A stretch of 64,000 nucleotides of DNA, taken from the NCBI GenBank assembly GCA_964016885.1, contig OZ024742.1, positions 806,001 through 870,000 on the forward strand, given 5' to 3'. Source of the stretch: Eledone cirrhosa. Its lineage: Eukaryota. Shown piece after piece: positions 12,001 to 24,000 of this stretch; within the stretch, counting starts at the first letter, position 1, and every line of letters starts with the position of its first letter. Under the pieces are notes generated by a model. That model had not been told where the DNA came from. It did not search any database and saw only the letters and a list, made by a program, of their open reading frames with translations. The position numbers and the translations under genes were made by a program.

Positions 12001-15000
12001 GGTGTTAGTGGAGGTGTGTAGTCTAGTGGTAAAGGTGTTAGTGGAGGTGTGTGGTCTAGTGGTAAAGGTGTTAGTGGAGGTGTGTGGTCTAGTGGTAAAG
12101 GTGTTCTGTAGAGGTGTGTGGTCTAGTGGTAAAGGTGTTCTGTGGAGGTGTGTGGTCTAGTGGTAAAGGTGTTAGTGGAGGTGTGTGGTCTAGTGGTAAA
12201 GGTGTTAGTGGAGGTGTGTGGTCTAGTGGTAAGGGTGTTCTGTGGAGGTGTGTGGTCTATTGGTAAAGGTGTTAGTGGAGGTGTGTGGGCTAGTGGTAAA
12301 GGTGTTAGTGGAGGTGTGTGGTCTAGTGGTAAAGGTGTTCTGTAGAGGTGTGTGGTCTAGTGGTAAAGGTGTTAGTGGAGGTGTGTGGTCTAGTGGTAAA
12401 GGTGTTAGTGGAGGTGTGTGGTCTAGTGGTAAAGCTGTTCTGTAGAGGTGTGTGGTCTTGTGGTAAAGGTGTTCTGTAGAGGTGTGTGGTCTAGTGGTAA
12501 AGGTGTTAGTGGAGGTGTGTGGTCTAGTGGTAAAGCTGTTCTGTAGAGGTGTGTGGTCTTGTGGTAAAGGTGTTCTGTAGAGGTGTGTGGTCTAGTGGTA
12601 AAGGTATTAGTGGAGGTGTGTGGTCTAGTGGTAAAGGTGTTCTGTGGAGGTGTGGTCTAGTGGTAAAGGTGTTAGTGGAGGTGTGTGGTCTAGTGGTAAA
12701 GGTGTTCTGTGGAGGTGTGTGGTCTAGTGGTAAAGGTGTTCTGTAGAGTTGTGTGGTCTAGTGGTAAAGGTGTTCTGTGGAGGTGTGTGGTCTAGTGGTA
12801 AAGGTGTTAGTGGAGGTGTGTGGTCTAGTGGTAAAGGTGTTCTTTGGAGGTGTGTGGTCTAGTGGTAAAGGTGTTAGTGGAGGTGTGTGGTCTAGTGGTA
12901 AAGGTGTTAGTGGAGGTGTGTGGTCTAGTGGTAAAGGTGTTAGTGGAGGTGTGTGGTCTAGTGGTAAAGGTGTTAGTGGAGGTGTGTGGTCTAGTGGTAA
13001 AGGTGTTCTGTAGAGGAGTGTGGTCTAGTGGTAAAGGTGTTCTGTGGCGGTGTGTGGTCTAGTGGTAAAGGCGTTCTGTGGAGGTGTGTGGTCTAGTGGT
13101 AAAGGTGTTAGTGGAGGTGTGTGGTTTAGTGGTAAAGGTGTTCTGTAGAGGTGTGTGGTCTAGTGGTAAATGTGTTCTGTGGAGGTGTGTGGTCTAGTGG
13201 TAAAGGTGTTAGTGGAGGTGTGTGGTCTAGTGGTAAAGGTGTTCTGTGGAGGTGTGTGGTCTAGTGGTAAAGGTGTTAGTGAAGGTGTGTGGTCTAGTGG
13301 TAAAGGTGTTAGTGGAGGTGTGTGGTCTAGTGGTAAAGGTGTTAGTAGAGGTGTGTGGTCTAGTGGTAAAGGTGTTCTGTAGAGGTGTGTGGTCTAGTGG
13401 TAAAGGTGTTAGTGGAGGTGTGTGGCCTAGTGGTAAAGGTGTTCTGTGGAGGTGTGTGGTCTGGTGGCAAAGGTGTTCTGTAAAGGTGTGTGGTCTAGTG
13501 GTAAAGGCGTTCTGTAAAGGTGTGTGGTCTAGTGGTAAATGTCTTCTGTAGAGGTGTGTGGTCTAGTAGTAAAGGTGTTCTGTAGAGGTGTGTGGTCTAG
13601 TGGTAAAGGTCTTCTGTAGATGTGTGTGGCCTAGTGGTAAAGGTGTTAGTGGAGGTGTGTGGTCTAGTGGTAAAGGTGTTCTGTAGAGGTGTGTGGTCTA
13701 GTGGTATAGGTGTTAGTGGAGGTGTGTGGTCTAGTGGTAAAGGTGTTCTGTAGAGGTGTGTGGTCTAGTGGTAAAGGTGTTAGTGGAGGTGTGTGGCCTA
13801 GTGGTAAAGGTGTTCTGTGGAGGTGTGTGGTCTAGTGGTAAAGGTGTTCTGTGGAGGTGTGTGGTCTAGTGGTAAAGGTGTTCTGTAGAGGTGTGTGGTC
13901 TAGTGGTATAAGTGATCTGTGGAGGTGTGTGGTCTAGTGGTATAGGTGTTCTGTGGAGGTGTGTGGTCTAGTGGTAAAGGTGTTCTGTAGAGGTGTGTGG
14001 TAAAGGTGTTCTGTAGAGGTGTGTGGTCTAGTGGTAAAGGTGTTCTGTAGAGGTTTGTGGTTTAGTGGTAAAGGTGTTCTGTGGAGGTGTGTGGTCTAGT
14101 GGTATAGGTGTTCTGTGGAGGTGTGTGGTCTAGTGGTATAGGTGTTCTGTGGAGGTGTGTGGTCTAGTGGTATAGGTGTTAGTGGAGTAGTGTGGTCTAG
14201 TGCTAAAGGTGTTCTGTAGAGGTGTGTGGTCTAGTGGTAAAGGTATTCTGTAGAGGTGTGTGGTCTAGTGGTAAACGTGTTCTGTGGAGGTGTGTGGTCT
14301 AGTAGTAAAGGTGTTCTGTGGAGGTGTGTGGTCTCGTGGTAAAGGTGTTCTGTGGAGGTGCGTGGTCTAGTGGTAAAGGTATTCTGTGGAGGTGTGTGGT
14401 CTAGTGGTAAAGGTGTTAGAGGAGGTGTGTGGTCTAGTGGTAAAGCTGTTCTGTAGAGGTGTGTGGTCTAGTGGTAAAGGTGTTAGTGGAGGTGTGTGGT
14501 CTAGTGGTAAAGGTGTTCTGTGTAGGTGTGTGGTCTAGTGGTAAAGGTGTTAGTGGAGGTGTGTGGTCTAGTGGTAAAGGTGTAAGTGGAGGTGTGTGGT
14601 CTAGTGGTAAAGGTGTTCTGTAGAGGTGTGTGGTCTAGTGGTAAATGTGTTCTGTGGAGGTGTGTGGTCTAGTGGTAAAGGTGTTCTTTGGAGGTGCGTG
14701 GTCTAGTGGTAAAGGTGTTAGTGGAGGTATGTGGTCTAGTGGTAAAGGTGTTCTGTAGAGGTGTGGGGTCTAGTGGTAAAGGTTTTCTGTGGAGGTGTGT
14801 GGTCTAGTGGTAAAGGTGTTAGTGGAGGTGTGTGGTCTAGTGGTAAAGGTGTTCTGTAGAGGTGTGTGGTCTAGTGGTAAAGGTGTTCTGTGGAGGTGTG
14901 TGATCTAGTGGTAAAGGTGTTCTGTGGGGGTGTGTGGTCTAGTGGTAAAGGTGTTCTGTGGAGGTGTGTGGTCTAGTGGTAAATGTGTTAGTGGAGATGT

Positions 15001-18000
15001 GTTGTCTAGTCGTAAAGGTGTTAGTGGAGGTGTGTGGTCTAGTGGTAAAGGTGTTCTGTGGAGGTGTGTGGTCTAGTGGTAAAGGTGTTCTGTGGAGGTG
15101 TGTGGTCTAGTGGTAAAGGTGTTAGTGGAGGTGTGTGGTCTAGTGGTAAAGGTGTAAGTGGAGGTGTGTGGTCTAGTGGTAAAGGTGTTCTGTAGAGGTG
15201 TGTGGTCTAGTGGTAAATGTGTTCTCTGGAGGTGTGTGGTCTAGTGGTAAAGGTGTTCTGTGGAGGTGTGTGGTCTAGTGGTAAAGGTGTTAGTGGAGGT
15301 GTGTGGTCTAGTGGTAAAGGTGTTAGTGGAGATGTGTGGTTTAGTGGTAAAGGTGTTCTGTAGAGGTGTGTGGTCTAGTGGTAAAGGTGTTCTGTGGCGG
15401 TGTGTGGTCTAGTGGTAAAGGTGTTCTGTGGAGGTGTGTGGTCTAGTGGTAAAGGTGTTAGTGGAGATGTGTGGTCTAGTGGTAAAGGTGTTAGTGAAGA
15501 TGTGTGGTTTAGTGGTAAAGGTGTTCTGTAGAGGTGTGTGGTCTAGTGGTAAAGGTGTTCTGTGGAGGTGTGTGGTCTAGTGGTAAAGGTGTTAGTGGAG
15601 GTGTGTGGTCTAGTGGTAAAGGTGTTCTGTGTAGGTGTGTGGTCTAGTGGTAAAGGTGTTAGTGGATGTGTGTGGTCTAGTGGTAAAGGTGTTCTGTGGA
15701 GGTGTGTGGTCTAGTGGTAAATGTGTTAGTGGAGGTGTGTGGTCTAGTGGTAAAGGTGTTCTGTGTAGGTGTGTGGTCTAGTGGTAAAGGTGTTAGTGGA
15801 TGTGTGTGGTCTAGTGGTAAAGGTGTTCTGTGGAGGTGTGTGGTCTAGTGGTAAATGTGTTAGTGGAGGTGTGTGGTCTAGTGGTAAAGGTGTTCTGTGT
15901 AGGTGTGTGGTCTAGTGGTAAAGGTGTTCGTGGAAGTGTGTGGTCTAGTGGTAAAGGTGTTCTGTGGAGGTGTGTGGTCTAGTGGTAAAGGTGTTAGTGG
16001 AGGTGTGTGGTCTAGTGGTAAAGGTGTTCTTTGTAGGTGTGTGGTCTAGTGGTAAAGGTGTTAGTGGAGGTGTGTGGTCTAGTGGTAAAGGTGTTCTTTG
16101 GAGGTGTGTGGTCTAGTGGTAAAGGTGTTAGTGGAGGTATGTGGTCTAGTGGTAAAGGTGTTCTGTAGAGGTGTGTGGTCTAGTGGTAAAGGTGTTCTGT
16201 GGTCTAGTGGTAAAGGTGTTAGTGTAGGTGTGTGGTCTAGTGGTAAAGGTGTGTGGTCTAGTGGTAAAGGTGTTAGTGGAGGTGTGTGGCCTAGTGGTAA
16301 AGGTGTTCTGTGGAGGTGTGTGGTCTAGTGCTAAAGGTGTTAGTGGAGGTATGTGGTCTAGTGGTAAAGGTGTTCTGTAGAGGTGTGTGGTCTAGTGGTA
16401 AAGGTGTTCTGTGGTCTAGTGGTAAAGGTGTTAGTGTAGGTGTGTGGTCTAGTGGTAAAGGTGTTCTGTGGTCTAGTGGTAAAGGTGTTAGTGTAGGTGT
16501 GTGGTCTAGTGGTAAAGGTGTGTGGTCTAGTGGTAAAGGTGTTAGTGGAGGTGTGTGGCCTAGTGGTAAAGGTGTTCTGTGGAGGTGTGTGGTCTAGTGG
16601 TAAAGGTGTTCTGTGGAGGTGTGTGGTCTAGTGGTAAAGGTGTTCTGTAGAGGTGTGTGGTCTAGTGGTATAGGTGTTAGTGGAGGTGTGTGGTCTAGTG
16701 GTAAAGGTGTTCTGTAGAGGTGTGTGGTCTAGTGGTATAGGTGTTCTGTGGAGGTGTGTGGTCTAGTGGTAAAGGTGTTCTGTAGAGGTGTGTGGTCTAG
16801 TGGTAAAGGTGTTAGTGGAGGTGTGTGGTCTAGTGGTAAAGGTGTTCTGTAGAGGTTTGTGGTTTAGTGGTAAAGGTGTTAGTGGAGGTGTGTGGTCTAG
16901 TGGTAAAGGTGTTCTGTAGAGGTGTGTGGTCTAGAGGTAAAGGTGTTAGTGGAGGTGTGTGGTCTAGTGGTAAAGGTGTTAGTGGAGGTGTGTGGTCTAG
17001 TGGTATAGGTGTTCTGTGGAGGTGTGTGGTCTAGTGGTATAGGTGTTCTGTGGAGGTGTGTGGTCTAGTGGTATAGGGGTTCTGTGGAGGTGTGTGGTCT
17101 AGTGGTAAAGGTGTTAGTGGAGGTGTGTGGTCTAGTGGTAAAGGTGTTCTGTAGAGGTGTGTGGTCTAGAGGTAAAGGTGTTAGTGGAGGTGTGTGGTCT
17201 AGTGGTAAAGGTGTTAGTGGAGGTGTGTGGTCTAGTGGTATAGGTGTTCTGTGGAGGTGTGTGGTCTAGTGGTATAGGTGTTCTGTGGAGGTGTGTGGTC
17301 TAGTGGTATAGGGGTTCTGTGGAGGTGTGTGGTCTAGTGGTATAGGTGTTCTGTGGAGGTGTGTGGTCTAGTGGTAAAGGTGTTAGTGGAGGTATGTGGT
17401 CTAGTGGTAAAGGTGTTCTGTAGAGGTGTGTGGTCTAGTGGTAAAGGTGTTAGTGGAGGTGTGGTCTAGTGGTAAAGGTGTTCTGTGGAGGTGTGTGGTC
17501 TAGTGGTAAAGGTGTTCTGTGTAGGTGTGTGGTCTAGTGGTAAAGGTGTTAGTGGATGTGTGTGGTCTAGTGGTAAAGGTGTTAGTGGATGTGTGTGGTC
17601 TAGTGGTAAAGGTGTTCTGTGTAGGTGTGTGGTCTAGTGGTAAAGGTGTTAGTGGAGGTGTGTGGTCTAGTGGTAAAGGTGTTAGTGGATGTGTGTGGTC
17701 TAGTGGTAAAGGTGTTCTGTGTAGGTGTGTGGTCTAGTGGTAAAGGTGTTAGTGGAGGTGTGTGGTCTAGTGGTAAAGGTGTTAGTGGATGTGTGTGGTC
17801 TAGTGGTAAAGGTGTTCTGTGTAGGTGTGTGGTCTAGTGGTAAAGGTGTTAGTGGAGGTGTGTGGTCTAGTGGTAAAGGTGTTAGTGGATGTGTGTGGTC
17901 TAGTGGTAAAGGTGTTCTGTGTAGGTGTGTGGTCTAGTGGTAAAGGTGTTAGTGGAGGTCTGTGGTCTAGTGGTAAAGGTGTTAGTGGATGTGTGTAGTC

Positions 18001-21000
18001 TAGTGGTAAAGGTGTTCTGTGGAGGTGTGTGGTCTAGTGGTAAAGGTGTAAGTGGAGGTGTGGGGTCTAGTGGTAAAGGTGTTAGTGGAGGTGTGTGGTC
18101 TAGTGGTAAAGGTGTTCTGTGTAGGTGTGTGGTCTAGTGGTAAAGGTGTTAGTGGAGGTGTGTGGTCTAGTGGTAAAGGTGTTCTGTGTAGGTGTGTGGT
18201 CTAGTGGTAAAGGTGTTAGTGGAGGTGTGTGGTCTAGTGGTAAAGGTGTTAGTGGATGTGTGTGGTCTAGTGGTAAAGGTGTTCTGTGTAGGTGTGTGGT
18301 CTAGTGGTAAAGGTGTTAGTGGAGGTGTGTGGTCTAGTGGTAAAGGTGTTCTGTGGAGGTGTGTGGTCTAGTGGTAAAGGTGTTAGTGGAGGTGTGTGGT
18401 CTAGTGGTAAAGGTGTTCTGTGTAGGTGTGTGGTCTAGTGGTAAAGGTGTTAGTGGAGGTGTGTGGTCTAGTGGTAAAGGTGTTAGTGGAGGTGTGTGGT
18501 CTAGTGGTAAAGGTGTTCTGTGTAGGTGTGTGGTCTAGTGGTAAAGGTGTTAGTGGAGGTGTGTGGTCTAGTGGTAAAGGTGTAAGTGGAGGTGTGTGGT
18601 CTAGTGGTAAAGGTGTTAGTGGAGGTGTGTGGTCTAGTGGTAAAGGTGTTCTGTGTAGGTGTGTGGTCTAGTGGTAAAGGTGTTAGTGGAGGTGTGTGGT
18701 CTAGTGGTAAAGGTGTAAGTGGAGGTGTGTGGTCTAGTGGTAAAGGTGTTCTGTAGAGGTGTGTGGTCTAGTGGTAAATGTGTTCTGTGGAGGTGTGTGG
18801 TCTAGTGGTAAAGGTGTTCTTTGGAGGTGCGTGGTCTAGTGGTAAAGGTGTTAGTGGAGGTATGTGGTCTAGTGGTAAAGGTGTTCTGTAGAGGTGTGGG
18901 GTCTAGTGGTAAAGGTGTTCTGTGGAGGTGTGTGGTCTAGTGGTAAAGGTGTTAGTGGAGGTGTGTGGTCTAGTGGTAAAGGTGTTCTGTAGAGGTGTGT
19001 GGTCTAGTGGTAAAGGTGTTCTGTGGAGGTGTGTGATCTAGTGGTAAAGGTGTTCTGTGGGGGTGTGTGGTCTAGTGGTAAAGGTGTTCTGTGGAGGTGT
19101 GTGGTCTAGTGGTAAATGTGTTAGTGGAGATGTGTTGTCTAGTCGTAAAGGTGTTAGTGGAGGTGTGTGGTCTAGTGGTAAAGGTGTTCTGTGGAGGTGT
19201 GTGGTCTAGTGGTAAAGGTGTTCTGTGGAGGTGTGTGGTCTAGTGGTAAAGGTGTTAGTGGAGGTGTGTGGTCTAGTGGTAAAGGTGTAAGTGGAGGTGT
19301 GTGGTCTAGTGGTAAAGGTGTTCTGTAGAGGTGTGTGGTCTAGTGGTAAATGTGTTCTCTGGAGGTGTGTGGTCTAGTGGTAAAGGTGTTCTGTGGAGGT
19401 GTGTGGTCTAGTGGTAAAGGTGTTAGTGGAGGTGTGTGGTCTAGTGGTAAAGGTGTTAGTGGAGATGTGTGGTTTAGTGGTAAAGGTGTTCTGTAGAGGT
19501 GTGTGGTCTAGTGGTAAAGGTGTTCTGTGGCGGTGTGTGGTCTAGTGGTAAAGGTGTTCTGTGGAGGTGTGTGGTCTAGTGGTAAAGGTGTTAGTGGAGA
19601 TGTGTGGTCTAGTGGTAAAGGTGTTAGTGAAGATGTGTGGTTTAGTGGTAAAGGTGTTCTGTAGAGGTGTGTGGTCTAGTGGTAAAGGTGTTCTGTGGAG
19701 GTGTGTGGTCTAGTGGTAAAGGTGTTAGTGGAGGTGTGTGGTCTAGTGGTAAAGGGGTTCTGTGGAGGTGTGTGGTCTAGTAGTAAAGGTGTTCTGTGGA
19801 GGTGTGTGGTCTAGTGGTAAAGGTGTTAGTGGAGGTGTGTGATCTAGTGGTAAAGGTGTTAGTGGAGGTGTGTGGTCTAGTGTTAAAGGTGTTCTGTAGA
19901 GGTGTGTGGTCTAGTGGTAACGGTGTTCTGTGAAGGTGTGTGGTCTAGTGGTATAGGTGTTCTGTGGAGGTGTGTGGTCTAGTGGTATAGGTGTTCTGTG
20001 GAGGTGTGTGGTCTAGTGGTAAAGGTGTTAGTGGAGGTGTGTGGTCTAGTGGTAAAGGTGTTCTGTAGAGGTGTGTGGTCTAGTGGTAAAGGTGTTAGTG
20101 GAGGTGTGTGTTCTAGTGGTAAAGGTGTTAGTGGAGGTGTGTGGTCTAGTGGTAAAGGTGTTCTGGAGAGGTGTGTGGTCTAGTGGTAAAGGTGTTCTGT
20201 GGAGGTGTGTGGTCTAGTGGTAAAGGTGTTGTGTGGAGGTGTGTGGTCTAGTGGTAAAGGTGTTAGTGGAGATGTGTGGTCTAGTGGTAAAGGTGTTCTG
20301 TGGATGTGTGTGGTCTAGTGGTATAGGTGTTAGTGGAGGTGTGTGGTCTAGTGGTAAAGGTGTTCTGTAGAGGTGTGTGGTCTAGTGGTAAAGGTGTGTG
20401 GTCTAGAGGTAAAGGTGTTAGTGGAGGTGTGTGGACTAGTGGTAAAGGTGTTCTGTGGAGGTGTGTGGTCTAGTGGTAAAGGTGTTCTGTGGAGGTGTGT
20501 GGTCTAGTGGTATCGGTGTTCTGTGGAGGTGTGTGGTCTAGTGGTATCGGTGTTCTGTGGAGGTGTGTGGTCTAGTGGTAAAGGTGTTCTGTAGAGGTGT
20601 GTGGTCTAGTGGTAAAGGTGTGAGTGGAGGTGTGTGGTCTAGTGGTAAAGGTGTTCTGTAGAGGTTTGTGGTTTAGTGGTAAAGGTGTTCTGTGGAGGTG
20701 TGTGGTCTAGTGGTAAAGGTGTTAGTGGAGGTGTGTGGTCTAGTGGTAAAGGTGTTAGTGGAGGTGTGTGGTCTAGTGGTAAAGGTGTTCTGCAGAGGTG
20801 TGTGGTCTAGTGGTAAAGGTGTTCTGTGGAGGTGTGTGGTCTAGTGGTGAAGGTGTGTGGTCTAGTGGTAAAGGTGTTCTGCAGAGGTGTGTGGTCTAGT
20901 GGTAAAGGTGTTCTGTGGAGGTGTGTGGTCTAGTGGTATAGGTGTTCTGTGGAGGTGTGTGGTCTAGTGGTAAAGGTGTTAGTGGAGGTGTGTGGTCTAG

Positions 21001-24000
21001 TGGTAAAGGTGTTCTGTAGAGGTGTGTGGTCTAGAGGTAAAGGTGGTAGTGGAGGTGTGTGGTCTAGTGGTAAAGGTGTTAGTGGAGGTCTGTGGTCTAG
21101 TGGTAAAGGTGTTCTGTGTAGGTGTGGTCTAGTGGTAAAGGTGTTAGTGGATGTGTGTGGTCTAGTGGTAAAGGTGTTCTGTGTAGGTGTGTGGTCTAGT
21201 GGTAAAGGTGTTCTGTGTAGGTGTGTGGTCTAGTGGTAAAGGTGTTAGTGGAGGTGTGTGGTCTAGTGGTAAAGGTGTTCTGTGTAGGTGTGTGGTCTAG
21301 TGGTAAAGGTGTTCGTGGAAGTGTGTGGTCTAGTGGTAAAGGTGTTAGTGGAGGTGTGTGGTCTAGTGGTAAAGGTGTTCTGTGGAGGTGTGTGGTCTAG
21401 TGGTAAAGGTGTTAGTGGAGGTGTGTGGTCTAGTGGTAAAGGTGTTCTGTGTAGGTGTGTGGTCTAGTGGTAAAGTTGTTAGTGGAGGTGTGTGGTCTAG
21501 TGGTAAAGGTGTTCTTTGGAGGTGTGTGGTCTAGTGGTAAAGGTGTTAGTGGAGGTGTGTAGTCTAGTGGTAAAGTTGTTAGTGGAGGTGTGTGGTCTAG
21601 TGGTAAAGGTGTTCTTTGGAGGTGTGTGGTCTAGTGGTAAAGGTGTTAGTGGAGGTATGTGGTCTAGTGGTAAAGGTGTTCTGTAGAGGTGTGTGGTCTA
21701 GTGGTAAAGGTGTTCTGTGGAGGTGTGTGGTCTAGTGGTAAAGGTGTTAGTGGAGGTGTGTGGCCTAGTGGTAAAGGTGTTCTGTGGAGGTGTGGTCTAG
21801 TGGTAAAGGTGTTCTGTGGAGGTGTGTGGTCTAGTGGTAAAGGTGTTAGTGGAGGTGTGTGGTCTAGTGGTAAAGTTGTTCTGTAGAGGTGTGTGGTCTA
21901 GTGATAAAGGTGTTCTGTGGAGGTGTGGTCTAGTGGTAAAGGTGTTAGTGGAGGTGTGTGGCCAAGTGGTAAATGTCTTCTGTGGAGGTGTGTTGTCTCG
22001 TGGTAAAGGTGTTCTGTAGAGGTGTGTGGTCTAGTGGTAAAGGTATTCTGTAGAGGTGTGTGGTCTAGTGGTAAAGGTGTTCTGTGGAGGTGTGTGGTCT
22101 AGTAGTAAAGGTGTTCTGTGGAGGTGTGTGGTCTAGTGGTAAAGGTGTTAGTGGAGGTGTGTGGTCTAGTGGTAAAGGTGTTCTGTGGAGGTGTGTGGTC
22201 TCGTGGTAAAGGTGTTCTGTAGAGGTGTGTGGTCTAGTGGTAAAGGTATTCTGTGGAGGTGTGTGGTCTAGTGGTAAAGGTGTTAGAGGAGGTGTGTGGT
22301 CTAGTGGTAAAGGTGTTAGTGGAGGTGTGTAGTCTAGTGGTAAAGGTGTTAGTGGAGGTGTGTGGTCTAGTGGTAAAGGTGTTAGTGGAGGTGTGTGGTC
22401 TAGTGGTAAAGGTGTTCTGTAGAGGTGTGTGGTCTAGTGGTAAAGGTGTTCTGTGGAGGTGTGTGGTCTAGTGGTAAAGGTGTTAGTGGAGGTGTGTGGT
22501 CTAGTGGTAAAGGTGTTAGTGGAGGTGTGTGGTCTAGTGGTAAGGGTGTTCTGTGGAGGTGTGTGGTCTATTGGTAAAGGTGTTAGTGGAGGTGTGTGGG
22601 CTAGTGGTAAAGGTGTTAGTGGAGGTGTGTGGTCTAGTGGTAAAGGTGTTCTGTAGAGGTGTGTGGTCTAGTGGTAAAGGTGTTAGTGGAGGTGTGTGGT
22701 CTAGTGGTAAAGGTGTTAGTGGAGGTGTGTGGTCTAGTGGTAAAGCTGTTCTGTAGAGGTGTGTGGTCTTGTGGTAAAGGTGTTCTGTAGAGGTGTGTGG
22801 TCTAGTGGTAAAGGTGTTAGTGGAGGTGTGTGGTCTAGTGGTAAAGCTGTTCTGTAGAGGTGTGTGGTCTTGTGGTAAAGGTGTTCTGTAGAGGTGTGTG
22901 GTCTAGTGGTAAAGGTATTAGTGGAGGTGTGTGGTCTAGTGGTAAAGGTGTTCTGTGGAGGTGTGGTCTAGTGGTAAAGGTGTTAGTGGAGGTGTGTGGT
23001 CTAGTGGTAAAGGTGTTCTGTGGAGGTGTGTGGTCTAGTGGTAAAGGTGTTCTGTAGAGTTGTGTGGTCTAGTGGTAAAGGTGTTCTGTGGAGGTGTGTG
23101 GTCTAGTGGTAAAGGTGTTAGTGGAGGTGTGTGGTCTAGTGGTAAAGGTGTTCTTTGGAGGTGTGTGGTCTAGTGGTAAAGGTGTTAGTGGAGGTGTGTG
23201 GTCTAGTGGTAAAGGTGTTAGTGGAGGTGTGTGGTCTAGTGGTAAAGGTGTTAGTGGAGGTGTGTGGTCTAGTGGTAAAGGTGTTAGTGGAGGTGTGTGG
23301 TCTAGTGGTAAAGGTGTTCTGTAGAGGAGTGTGGTCTAGTGGTAAAGGTGTTCTGTGGCGGTGTGTGGTCTAGTGGTAAAGGCGTTCTGTGGAGGTGTGT
23401 GGTCTAGTGGTAAAGGTGTTAGTGGAGGTGTGTGGTTTAGTGGTAAAGGTGTTCTGTAGAGGTGTGTGGTCTAGTGGTAAATGTGTTCTGTGGAGGTGTG
23501 TGGTCTAGTGGTAAAGGTGTTAGTGGAGGTGTGTGGTCTAGTGGTAAAGGTGTTGTGGAGGTGTGTGGTCTAGTGGTAAAGGTGTTAGTGAAGGTGTGTG
23601 GTCTAGTGGTAAAGGCGTTAGTGGAGGTGTGTGGTCTAGTGGTAAAGGTGTTAGTAGAGGTGTGTGGTCTAGTGGTAAAGGTGTTCTGTAGAGGTGTGTG
23701 GTCTAGTGGTAAAGGTGTTAGTGGAGGTGTGTGGCCTAGTGGTAAAGGTGTTCTGTGGAGGTGTGTGGTCTGGTGGCAAAGGTGTTCTGTAAAGGTGTGT
23801 GGTCTAGTGGTAAAGGCGTTCTGTAAAGGTGTGTGGTCTAGTGGTAAATGTCTTCTGTAGAGGTGTGTGGTCTAGTAGTAAAGGTGTTCTGTAGAGGTGT
23901 GTGGTCTAGTGGTAAAGGTCTTCTGTAGATGTGTGTGGCCTAGTGGTAAAGGTGTTAGTGGAGGTGTGTGGTCTAGTGGTAAAGGTGTTCTGTAGAGGTG

